A stretch of 64,000 nt of DNA. Source: Phoronis australis (lineage: Eukaryota; Animalia; Phoronida). Each line of letters begins with the position of its first letter. Positions within the stretch are counted from its first letter, which is position 1. The translations under genes and the position numbers were made by a program. Positions 24,840 through 37,200 of the stretch are shown piece after piece. The notes below the pieces were generated by a model that was given only the letters and a program-made list of their open reading frames with translations, searched no databases and was not told the origin of the DNA. The DNA lies in NCBI GenBank assembly GCA_002633005.1, contig NMRA01000102.1:726345-790344 (forward strand). Direction: 5' to 3'.

Positions 24840-26787
24840 ACAAAGTCTTTGGAGATATTGATGTATGGATCTTCTGCGCTCATTAAAAAAAATTTTTATT
24901 GATAAATACTTCGAAAATCTTCGAGAAATTTTGAACGAGATTTTGAATTTCAAGAAGTGAATTCTCAACGAATTCAAAACACCATTGTTCAATGGACAAA
25001 TTGAATGCTCTGTGTAGGATCAACGGAGTCTCCTACCGCTCCTTTTATTGCTTTTTATTTTGATACCATTTTATATGAATTCTGCCTCTTGAACGTGGTT
25101 CGCTGATTGCTTTCATGGTTGTTTTTGCCCTCTTAAGAGACCACTCGCGTAGATGAAACAATCTTCCTCTCTGGTCTTGTTTTGGTGAAGTGGCACAATA
25201 TTTATATCAAGAATGTTGATGCGTGGTGGAGGATAACCAGATGATGAAATCAACTGTCACTCTTCAAGATTTTAAGAATGATATAGACTAGCATATTAGA
25301 GTGTTTGAGCAGCATGCTTTTCATATTGATGGACCCCTTTAAGACGGAGTCCTCTCAGGGACAGCCGGTGACAATCGCCCTTTTGTAGTCTCATAATCCG
25401 AGCACTTTTGGCTAGACGAAGCAAATGGAATCCACACTGGTGATGAAAACACACACTATATCCATGCACAGTAAAAGGGGTACCAAGATTGGAATCCCAA
25501 ACGTGAAACTCTTTACTTTTGAAGATCGTTATAAGGAAAGACTTATTGATGAGCAAAGCGTTGATCGCACGAAATTCCCTGTTTCTATCAGCCATGTCTT
25601 ACTGCCGAATTAAGAAGGTCAGCGTACATGCACTTAGTCATCTTGGTATACAGTGTAGCACAAAAAGACTTCTGCAATTTTCCGGGGTGTAAAATTCACT
25701 GATAAACCGCTACAAGCTAATACTGGAATCGATCTGAAATGTCTAAAGTGAGGCAACCAAACTCCGTCCGTGTCCTGCACTTTCCCGGTTGCGCGTCCAG
25801 TACATATGTATGAGCGCAACCTTTCGATCATTGCTTAAAAACGTACATAAAGGGAATTATAGATCCAAAAGAAGCGTTCAATAAGGAAAACGCTTGAAAA
25901 CGCTTCCCGCGAGCGCTTCGAATTATTAGACGTCGCTAATAAACGATCTGCTTTCCGCGAGGCGCTTTCCAAAAATTCAACATGATCAATTGCAAAATTA
26001 TTTTTGCCTTGCTGCTGGGAGATTTCAAAGGACACAAACAGCAAGCTTTGCAAAACTCGTCTTCCTTTCTTTTCACATCTAAACGTGCTTAAACAGGTAA
26101 GACGGCAAGTTATTTTCTAGTGTTTAATTAAAGCTTAGACTTAACTGGGGTTTGTGAAATCTAATTCAAGAACTTTATAAAATTCCACAACTTTCTCGTT
26201 TTTGATGACAATTCCGTAGGTCGTTCCAATTTCACAATATGCTGAGGTCACTCCTACATGAAGGTCCAATCTGAGCTACTAAATTCATCTGGTTCACGGA
26301 ATGAACTTTGAGCGACTAAAGAGTCCATGAAAGTAAATGAATTTTACACAGAAACACGTCGCAGTTGATGTTTCATCGGCAGCTGAAGGCTTTTTAACCC
26401 TTTTTAAAATTTTCATTTAAACTTGTGTTTGCGCACGCGTCCGTTTGTCCACACTGATATACTGGCGGGAAAATCCGAAAATAGGACCATGGGCGAATAT
26501 TCGGAGAAAGACCTTTCAAAAACAAAACGTCAAATGAAACAAAACGCTCGCCCGGATGTAATTTCAGAAACTGTGTCATTAAAACTGGTCTTTGCACCCT
26601 GCCAATACGACAAGTAACCAACACATTCAATATCTCGATATTCAGTAGAGTGAAATCTCAATCCTAAAATTCTATGTCTTGTCAAAATTAACAAATTTCT
26701 ACATCGATATATATTACATAAGTATTTCAGAACTGTCCATCAGTGTTTAAAAACAAGCAAAACGTTACCCTAAATACGCTTTTTGGC
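24840..26787 (+). other. Probable allelic haplotig (insertion-free allele) placed between two single-N joins
   Basis: Bounded by n at 24839 and 26788. 24840-25176 is near-identical to 24134-24472, and 25169-26787 is highly similar to 27217-28805 (scattered SNPs, small indels). Confidence 0.8.
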
Positions 26788-28919
26788 NTCAGCATGGGAA
26801 TGAATAAATTTTGACGACTCTACAGTCCCAAGTACATCCAAGCCTCCCCAGGATGCCTACATTGCATTATATGAATTATAAACCAACAAAGGAAATCAAC
26901 ATAAAAAATATGGCGCAATTTCAGCATCAACGTCGCATATCACATCTGACGCAGCCAAGTCAAGTTATTTTTTGAAATTCATCCTGGTACGGGAATTGGG
27001 GATAGTTAGGCCTATAAAAGACCTTTAACCCAGCCGCAGAGCGTCTAAAGCCGCGCACCGTACCAGTGACTGCTGGCAACTCATCCTGACTCAACTTTAA
27101 CATCCTTCGCCGCAGAGATAACAACTCTTGGGCTGTCTCCGGTGAGTCCATTCTTTGTTGACTGATGTTTAGATAAAATTGAGTGACGTCATTTGCGATA
27201 AACCCAAGCGCCTGTGCTCTGGTCTTGTTTTGGTGAAGTGGCACAATATTTATATCAAGAATGTTGATGCGTGGTGGAGGATAACCAGATGATGGAATCA
27301 ACTGTCACTCTTCAAGATTTTAAGAATGATATAGACTAGCATATTAGAGTGTTTGAGCAGCATGCTTTTCATATTGATGGACCCCTTTAAGACGGAGTCC
27401 TCTCAGGGACAGCCGGTGACAATCGCCCTGTTGTAGTCTCATAATCCGAGCACTTTTGGCTAGACGAAGCAAATGGAATCCACACTGGTGATGAAAACAC
27501 ACACTATATCCATGCACAGTAAAAAGGGTACCAAGATTGGAATCTCAAACGTGAAACTCTTTACTTTTGAAGATCATTATAAGGAAAGACTTATTGATGA
27601 GCAAAGCGTTGATCGCACGAAATTCCCTGTTTCTATCAGCCATGTCTTACTGCCGGATTAAGAAGGTCAGCGTACATGCACTTAGTCATCTTGGTATACT
27701 GTGTAGCACACAAAGACTTCTGCAATTTTCCGGAGTGTAAAGTTCACTGATAAACCGCTACAAGCTAATACTGGAATCGGTCTGAAATGTCTAAAGTGAG
27801 GCAACCAAACTCCGTTCGTGTCCTGCACTTTCCCGGTTGCGCGTCCAGTACATATGTATGAGCGCAACCTTTCGATCATTGCTTAAAAACGTACATACAG
27901 GGAATTATAGATTCAAAAGAAGCGTTCAATAAGGAAAACGCTTGAAAATGCTTTTCGCGAGCGCTTCGAATTATTAGACGTCGCTAATAAAAGATCTGCT
28001 TTCCGCGAGGCGCTTTCCAAAAATTCAACATTATTAATTCCAAGATTATCTTTGCCTTGCTGCTGGGAGATTTCAAAGGACACACAACAGCAAGCTTTAC
28101 AAAACTCGTCTTCCTTTCTTTTCACATCTAAACGTGCTTAAACAGGTAAGACGGCAGCTTAGACTTAACTGGGGTTTGTGGAATCTAATTCAAGAACTTT
28201 ATAAAATTCCACAACTTTTTCGTTTTTGATGACAATTCCGTAGGTCGTTCCAATTTCACAATATGCCGAGGTCACTCCTAGGTCCAATCTGAGTTACTAG
28301 ATTCATCTGGTTCACAGAATGAACTTTGAGCGACTAAAGAGTCCATGAAAGTAAATGAATTTTACACAGAAACACGTCGCAGTTGATGTTTCATCGGCAG
28401 CTGAAGGCCTTTTAAACCTTTTTAAAATTTTCATTTAAACTTGTGTTTGCGCACGCTTCCGTTTGTCCACACTGATATACTAGCGGGAAAATCCGAAAGT
28501 AGGACCATGGGCAAATATCCGGAAAAAGACCTTTCAAAAACAAAGCGTCAAATTAAACAAAACGCACGCCCGGATTTAGTTTCAGAAACTGTGTCATTAA
28601 AACTGGTCTTCGCACCCTGCCAATACGACAAGTAACCAACACATTCAATATCTCGATATTCAGTAGAGTGAAATCTCAATCCTAAAATTCAATGTCTTGT
28701 CAAAATTAACAAATTTCTACATCGATATATATTACATAAGTATTTCAGAACTGTCCATCAGTGTTTAAAAACAAGCAAAACGTTACCCTAAATACGCTTT
28801 TTGGCGTGTTTCATGAAAAATATTCCAAAAATACGCTAATGGGACTACTTTTGGTTGTGGTTATGTTCGTAAATTCCCGGTAAGGCTAATTTTATTACTC
28901 GATATTAGTCGCTTTTTCA

Positions 28920-30232
28920 GATGCTGCCTTGGAAGTTCCTATGGAGCAAGGTGAAGACTCAGTGCTAAAATTCAGATTTATGTTAGAGGAAACTGTGCCA
29001 CACTATTCTTCCATTAATTTCAAGGCTCATTTTCGTATGATCCCGTGTAATCTTGTGGTACAGATATTTAACTTCACACCAAAAAATGTCTTTCAATTCA
29101 TATCTAGATTGCTGCTATATTCCGACTTTTTCTGGAACTGACTGAAAACTAATTCATAGCCTGCGGGTTTTATTGTTGTTCTCTCTAAAACTGTCACCGA
29201 ATGCTAGTATAGCAAACTTAAATGTAATTCGGTGTAACGATTCAATTTTGTTAAATTTTCAGGAATTGCGTGAATCCTTGACACCGCTGCTACATGTAAA
29301 CAAGAAGTGGTCTTAAACTGTTGAGAAGAAAACTTTATCTACTGTGTGACTGCCAGCCAACAACGAGTGATACCGACGTGTGGCACACAGATTTAGAGTC
29401 AGCAAAGGTAAAATAGGAATGACCGATTTTGTTAACGTTACAGTAGATACTATTATGTATTGCAGTCAAAATAACTTATATTAGTGTAACCAGTTATGTT
29501 AACTTGAGCATTGGACTTAACTGGGCGTTGCCAATATTAGAAATAATTGCTCATGTGATGACAAAAAGGATGGTAACTGTTTTGAAATCCATTAAAAATT
29601 AACAGAAAACCTTTGCTTTTGAACTTAATAGGAGCGTTCCATCATTAGAAATGTGTCGTCTTGTACATCGTTGTTTCTTTGAGCCTGATGAAAGTGGACT
29701 GTAAATGTATGCGTTAATGTATTTTATTTCATCAGGCCTCCTCCATCTGACAGAGATCACGGTTTGTCACGCATTGCCATCATTGGCGAATATCCTCAGA
29801 CACAGCCTGTCAAATATGGTACTACACATTGTGATGGATCAAGGTGATTGATAGATACAGGCTGGCCTGGGTCAGTGTGTAGGCCTACATGTACATGAAC
29901 AGTCCTGTGCCAAGAATCCTACAGGAGTTTCCCACTGAGCCTCACTTGCTGGGTGACTCAACATACCGTTTGTCAGCCCATTTGTTAACGCGGCCGTCAG
30001 TGATGATGAGCATTTGGACGAAGTGAAAAATAAGTTCAACAACGCCCATGCATCTGCCCGAGTAAAACGGGCAAGTGGGCTTCTAAAGTGCATGTTCAGA
30101 AGATTGAAGTATTTAGAAATGCCTTTGGAAGATCATGTTCCACGAGTTATTGCTTCTTGTTGCGTGCCCTACAATTGCTTGGTGGAATGCGAGGGAAATG
30201 AGAAAGACGGCGACTTTGAGGTCATACCCTAG
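28920..30232 (+). pseudogene. PIF/Harbinger (HARBI1-like) DDE transposase, multi-exon, decayed
   Basis: EETVPHYSSINFKAHFRM; LTVEKK.....ANNE*YRRVAHRFRVSK (HTH); TGWPGSV; HLLGDSTY.L..HLLT; FNNAHASARVKRASGLLKCMFRRLKYL...IASCCVPYN. Confidence 0.88.
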
Positions 30233-31159
30233 CCGCCATAAGTAGCTTTCCCAAGTTTCTGGTTTGTGCCACTTTAAAGTCCCCCCCCCCCTAAACGGCG
30301 GTGAGGGGGGTTCGACATAAGCGACGACGGAGGTTGAAGTGGTGGCGATAGTGGGAAATCAGGCATTGTGACCACGGACTATGTACTTTGGTGAAATCAA
30401 ATACGTTTTTGCAGCAACACCTATTTCAGGTTCTGCTAAAGCGACCAAAGAACGTAAGTGTTGACAGGTCCTAGGTGGTAGCGGAGGGAATTGGGTATGA
30501 AGGTAAAACAGGTTTCCACTGCAGGGTTTGAAAAGGAGTAAAACTAGTGAACCAGCCCGCTGCTAAACTTGGGGATGGCGGAAGCAAATTCTGAAGTAGA
30601 TTGGCATGGAGTTCAGGTGGCGAACCTTGCAGTGCTTATGGAACGGAAAACATTCCACTCCATATCCACTGCACAAGGTATCACAGTGCAGTATCACTGA
30701 CCAATAACGTCAGAAGCCGCCATTTTACAAGATTACGAGAATGAGCTCTCAGTCATATTCTCGAAACACTCACCTTTGATTACACTCGTGGTTTTGCATG
30801 TTCTTGCGTGATCTCGCTTTGCTTGCAAGAATCTCTGTCTACGGGACGCCGCACGGATCTTCCGGGCTGGATTTACACAACCTAGTTATTTTGGTATGGA
30901 TGAAATTGGATTTTAATGTATTTTTACTAGGTTTGCCTTGTAGCAAGGTTGAAGCATTAGATGGTGAAAGTTCTTCTAGGAAAATACTGTAGGATTTTCA
31001 TGGACATTTCATGCCAGTCCAAAATTATCCACCTCTCCCGAAATGAAACCCTGGATCTCTCGTTCACAGCGCCACCTCTCATAGCACTGAGAAAGAGTGT
31101 ATCTGCCAACTCAACTCCATGTGTTATCTAGATCATGCCGGGAACTGATGATAGATGTC

Positions 31160-34100
31160 ACGTAAAATTGGCATTGCACCATTCAGTTAGGATTGGCATA
31201 TCTACACTGCACGTATTAATTAATAGGCCATGATAAAACTTCTGTGCAGATGTTTTCCAGCAAAGACTAAAACCAATTGAAAGCAGTAAATCATCGTCTA
31301 AGCCAACAAACAAACAAACAAAAGTATTTAAAGTTTAAGGGCCTGTGCAACTTCAAATAATAAAAACGACACTCCCAAGAATTGATTAAAACATGTAAAT
31401 AGGTAAATAATACAACAAGAATGGATCAACTGAAATTTTCGGATGTAATAACGTCCTTTGTCAACAGAGACAGAAATAAAGTGAAATCAAACACTATATG
31501 CCATGATGGAGATGTCACACAAAAAAGAAAATCCAGATTAATGTACTTGTAACGTACTTGCGTGACCAAAAAGTACAATACCCAGGATAATGTACCGTTT
31601 GCCCATCCATGCCCAACCCCCATACATTTTGTTTGCTTACATACCCGAGAAAATAACATATTATAGCCTAAATTTAGTTATCCGACGAGGGAGCCTGAGA
31701 GCGCCAAATATCCTGCAATTTGATTTAGAAGCACTTCCCTATTTATTTTTGTATGGGAAAACCCCGAGAAACAATTTCTTGTCCATCTACTGAATAAGTA
31801 CCGCAGAATAAATGAAGGTGAAATTAACAATATCAGCATTCTCTGTTGTAGCGTACTATTGTCCTTCATTCAATGTGATTTCACGGAAACCCATGTGGAC
31901 GACAAAACATCCGTAGGGGTACAGAATATCCACGACTTCCTGTTCGCTTACACTGTCTTTCTCGACTACATGTAGTTCTTCCGCTGTTGACTTGACGTGT
32001 ATTAGTTCAGTCTCGTCTTCTAAGATTTCACCAATGCCTTCGACAACCCCTCCATCATCAGGTGTTAGCGTTTCATGTTCTTCAGAATTTTCCAGCTCAA
32101 TAGCGATTGCGTCGTGGATGAGGTAAACCGCTGACTTGGGAGATGTTGTACTCATTTGGGTATGACTGAGCTCGTTGCTTAGATCACTTTCTATCAACAT
32201 TTATTAGTTTTACAAAATTAAATTCCAGGTCGAATTGTATCTTGAAGTTCATGAATATTCTCGCCAAAACACGCAGCATTGAAGCGCATGGGGATGCTGT
32301 TACATTGTATTTTAACTCAAAACAATCAGCACTTTACCGGACGTATGTTTCCATTCTCGAGTACTGAATTATTTATTGATACTCGATTGTTAACACAGGC
32401 TTATTAGAAGGATACAAATCCCCCTTTTGGTGATTTCTGGCGATACTCATTCCGTCTACTGCTAATTTGGCTATGGCGTATCACGTGGGTCATGAAATCG
32501 GGGTTGAAATAAAACCATTCTTGCCGTTTCGCAGAATTGATATAATAATTCATGTTGGGTGATCTAGTTTCCCACATCAGTTGTGTTAATCGAATAAGGC
32601 ATAAGTCAAGCTTGCCAGTTTAGCAAACTTTGTAACTTTTGTGTTTTGCCAAGGGTCACAGAGTATTACTTGGTTTTAGAGAACGTCGCGGCATAGTCAT
32701 TTTAGTATCTGTTAAAAGGCCAAAACAGGGTATGGTGTCATTTTGAAGAGAAAAAAAAACGTCTTTTCCGTTTTTCTAATTTCTTTGTTTAGGCATGAGC
32801 GTATTCAGTTTTGAACTAGGTCGCGCACAATTACGTCTTGCAATAGAAGAATGCAGTCATAATTAGCCCCTTTGGACTAAAAGTCTGAGAAATCCTACAA
32901 AGTGCCGAAAATTCGTCAACTTACCTTACACTGCTTTCTAGCAGCGACAAAGCGTTAGGCCTGAACAACGTCAAATCGAACGCGGTGATAAGCAACTGTA
33001 AAGTAACACATCCTGTAAAGCCACATTCTATACATTGTTCACATTTCAAAACGACGTTCTCCATTATTTCACAAACCCCCGGTAACAATTATACATATAG
33101 GGCCTACTCCACTTCCTGCAAATTGTTCGGTCGTCAATCCTCAGATATGACTTACTGTATCTTCCCAACTGTTAACGATCAATCGTTTAAAGAAAACACC
33201 GTGTCCGATAATCCTGAATTCTTCACTGATGCGAATACACAGAATGATTGGTATTGACCATCTATAGTCGACGTCAAACATGAAATGGTTGAAAATGACA
33301 GTGACTTCATTTTGTAAGATTTGCAGTATTCTCATTGTGGATATTGATACAAACCAATAACCATACGAATTTGTAAGCTCGTGGTGTTGAAATGTGAGCG
33401 ACGCCTCAAAACAGCCTAGAACAACTCATTACTACCGGACAAGGTAATATAAAACTACATTTACGCTAAGAAAAACGTGTTGATATTGACACGAGATTGT
33501 TGATCATCCAATGTCTCCATTTCTCTCTGGCATTCGCTTGCTTTAACCATGATTTCTTTTGTACTGGTTCTGAAGCTTTGCACGTTTGTCAACCTTCTCC
33601 GTGGCGGAAGAACCACTGATTTAGTCGATCTATTATTGGTTGTCCCGTACTTTCTGAAACAACAATTACATTCTGTAAATACCATATTTGCTAAAATAAA
33701 CGGCAGCGGGTTTGACAGGGGCCTATTGTTCTTTGTTGCACTTTTTATCCAGATGGACGTGGTCCATTAAGTCGATCTGCAGTGTAGTAGCAGAGACATT
33801 TCATGCATGCCCTGCGTTAAGTTCTTTATCTCTTATTGAAGGCATTTTGTAGAATGCAGATTTCCAATGTTTAAAGACTATCACTGTAACATTTGGATGA
33901 AAATTGACTTACTGATTTTGCTTTGGACAATTTTCCATCGCCAGAGTTCAGTTCCTTCAAGTTGAGGTTCCTTGCTGCATCTGGTACAGCCCTTTGCAAA
34001 AGAGAAATAGAGTTCGCTAGATTCCATTCTTTCCAAAGAATTGCGTAGAGTAATTATAGATAGTTTTGGTCTATTGGGACCATGCATAAACAAGTAAAAT

Positions 34101-35510
34101 GCGAGGAATGTCTCGGATTTGTAATTACAAACATGTCTTGCTCTTCATTCAGTGACTATGGTGTTGTTCGCCCTTAACCGTCTTTCCTACTGACACGTCT
34201 AAACAAGTGCAGTCCGTCTTGATCGCAAATTTCAATTTATGAATTACAGTCGTAACCAAAGTTTGAAATGTTTCATACCATGAGCACACCACATTTCTTC
34301 AGTGGTACTTCTTTAAAAACCTCTTGGTCCTTAGAAAGTAGCCCTTAAAAATACAGCACACCTTTTGAGTCCAGCAAGTTTGTTTACCATCCGGGATCTT
34401 CTAGACATGGCTTCACCGTGAACGCTCGCTACCTCGTCGTACCGTGCCCTAACAACCTGCTGAACAACCTCGGCTCAAATTCTGCTTCTGCGATGAGACA
34501 GACAAAAGTAAAAGTCGCACACGCATCACTAAAAAAAAGCTAACTTAAGGGTTTTTTGAGAAAGTCCTTGAATGTCATTTAAGTTGCCAAGTACAGATTG
34601 AAATTGGGTGGAATTCTAGAATCTACATCTATTCCGCTCTCTATAAGCGTAATAAACGACCCCAAGTTCCACTCAAATACATTCTATTCACTAAAGTGAA
34701 ATTGGTGAAAATTGAATTTCGTAAAGCAAGTTACCCCTCAACTCCTCTGCCAAAATGTCCAAGTCTTCTGGACACCGTTGTTGTCTTCTCCATAAGCTTA
34801 ATCAACTTTAATTCTTTCTAAAACGAAAAAGTAACAACTTTTTCAGACCGTTACTTTCTAGCGATCAATTAAAATATCAACATTTCGTTCTGGTTTTGTC
34901 ATCACGCTGCATTGAGTTTTTGCTTCAAGTAAATTTTGTGATGTTCGTTCATATTTTGTTACAAAAATAAAAATTCTTCACTTACGCTTGAGTCCTTATT
35001 TATTCTCTGTGATTCACAATCTCCCTCACATCATGGTTAGGATAGGTTCTACTACCAATTAAACGAAACAAACGTGACTTGTTAGGCTGACCACTAAGCA
35101 TGAAATGATTTTGCATACGTAAGCGCAATTGTTTCACGTCGTTAAATCTTATATGATAATCATTTGAATCTATCCAAAGCATTTGGTTGGATCTCAATGA
35201 CAACGTCTTGTTCACCAACCAATCATATGAGTGATTGAATAAGGTTCAGCCTTCTAGGGTGGAATATGAAGTCTGGTTTTCATGAAAACTTTTGCCTCTC
35301 TTGTTAATCGTGTAGGCATACTACTACCAAATTGATCAAACAGGTCATCATTTTTACACTCAAAGGCGACTAAGTTTGTTTTAAAGAAAATTAACGTCAG
35401 GTCGCAATGGTGATAGCTGAATGATGCTTAGATATGTGATACACTGATATTAAGCACAAGCATGACGTCTTTCGAAATGACAAGATCTCACTTTAGCGTG
35501 ATCGTTGATA
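31160..35510 (-). pseudogene. Decayed duplicated block B (paralog of 21780-23790) with additional spliced-exon-like pieces
   Basis: Aligns to block A. Acidic ORF at 31856-32200. Short ag/gt-bounded segments at ~33910-33990, ~34385-34490 and ~34730-34795. Product not identified. Confidence 0.5.
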
Positions 35511-36073
35511 TCAACGTGAATCGACTTTGGAGACAGAAATACTGGCTCAGATGATTCAGACTTTGCTCCAGGCAAAGCTATAGACATATAGTTAGATGGC
35601 ACTTAAGCCAATTAAACACATAAGTCAATGAAAGACATTTGAAGACTAGTCAGAGTGACCTCGGCAAAGCATTAGTGAGTACGAGAGGTGTGTAATATGG
35701 TGATCGACATTTTCAAGTGCCATGAGCCAGCGCCAGGCCGTTACTGCATCAGATTAGTTAGGCATGGACGTTGCAGTACTGAAAAAAGTGGGGGGCTAGC
35801 TATAGCCCTCCAGCCCCCTATGTTGCGCCGCCCATGTTAGGTTGCAGAGAAAGTAGTTTTGACACCAGAACTTAGCACTTTTGAATACCCACAATTGCCA
35901 CATCTGTTACGACAACACCCATGGGATCGGTCAAACTGGAATCGAGTTTCAAGTGTATCACGGTGAATCATTGACGTTGAAATTAGCAAAAGCGTGTGTT
36001 TGAAGCGACCCAGGTACATCCGCACTTCCATGTTTGAATGACAAAATCTGTGTGTCAATAAGGATAATACCGT

Positions 36074-36761
36074 TGTCAGACAATTGGCTGTGGGTTTGTT
36101 TAAAAGGTAGCTATGCTTTGAGATTGTGTGTAGATGGAGAGGGAATAATCAAATCCAGTAACTAATTTATTATATGATAACCCCTAATTACACAAGTGAA
36201 ATCTGTTGTTAATTAAGCAATTAAATTCAAAGACGAGTAACTACGCTAGCGCCCTCTTTAAAGGTTACTTCAATCAATCAACCAAAATAAGGAAATGTCT
36301 TATCTGCTATCCAAGCTAGGACTCTCTACTTGTTGGATGTCTGTCCTGTTGGTGAATCTCCCAACTACACACACTGTATAGCGACAGTGTACTTGCTGGT
36401 CACCGTCTCTGGTGATGGAACACTTGCAGGAAAGTTCTTCTACCAGCGATTCTTCTTGCTGGTCACAGTCTCTGGCTGATGACGCAACACTTCAGGTAGT
36501 ATCTTACTACCCACGATGCAAGTGACAAGCTCTTAGTTAACTTCCTGTTTGTTAACCCTGCCCTTGTCAAGATACTTTCTAGAATCTTCCACGAGATGGC
36601 TCTGTCGTACAATTTCCTCTGTACACCGTAGCAAGTCTTCAACTACTATAGCGCATCTGAATTTCTTTTTGACTTAAGCCCGTATTATAATGTTCTACTT
36701 ATTAAGTGATTGGTTAATAAAAACCACATGATTTTATCCAATCATATCATTGGCTGTTACA
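36074..36761 (-). mobile_element. Probable solo LTR
   Basis: The minus strand starts TGTAACAG and ends ...TGACA (or ...CCCACA at 36089). AATAAA lies near the 3' end and there is an internal ~65-bp direct repeat (36390-36520). No clean TSD was found. Confidence 0.45.
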
Positions 36762-36959
36762 GTTTGTTCTCTCATACTTTGACCCCAGAACCCAAAGTTG
36801 TAAACACCATTTAAAATAGATTTTGACGTTAAAGTACATGTCAGCAAGTCTGACCCCATGTCTTAAAAGTACATATGCACAAATTTTGGGCTACTTAAAA
36901 TGGATCTATTCTTACTAATTACTCAATGAATATTTATTCTGACAACCGTGAATAATACA

Positions 36960-37200
36960 CATGCGCGCACCCAGGGGATTCGGGGGACTCGAATGAGCCC
37001 CCCCCCCCCATTTGGCGAAGTGGGCAAAAAGGTCCACCCAAGAGAAGCAAAAATTCCGACAAAACGAGACGAATGTTCACTAAAAAGGGCGCAGACGCAC
37101 AGTGCACAGCCTTGAAGGGTGGTACCCGTTTTTTTTTTAGTCCTCACGATTTTTTGTCAGCAAAAGGTCCACACCGACAGAAATTCGAGCCCCCCATTTT
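36960..37200. mobile_element. MITE terminal fragment; related G/C-run termini at ~35790-35837 and ~39160-39212
   Basis: CATGCGCGCACCCAGGGGATTCGGGGGACTCGAATGAGCCCCCCC resembles the terminus at 2586. Confidence 0.45.

Larger units (their letters stand above)
24473..27216. mobile_element. TIR DNA transposon with 34-bp TIRs and 8-bp TSD CTCTGGTC; interior incompletely assembled
   Basis: Left TIR tacagccgcttgggtttatcgcaaatgacgtcac (24473-24506) matches the reverse complement of 27183-27216 at 32/34. TSD ctctggtc at 24465-24472 and 27217-27224. A single-copy empty site is at 25169-25176. Confidence 0.9.

Noticed and set aside
25200-26100. Possible KDZ/Zisupton transposase relic on the minus strand
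   Set aside because: There are only vague Cys/His resemblances and no catalytic motif could be recovered.
25169-28805. Apparent recent 1.6-kb tandem duplication with twin short ORFs
   Set aside because: One copy is bounded by single-N joins and lacks the TE insertion, so an allelic haplotig explains it better. The ORFs are short and stop-bounded.
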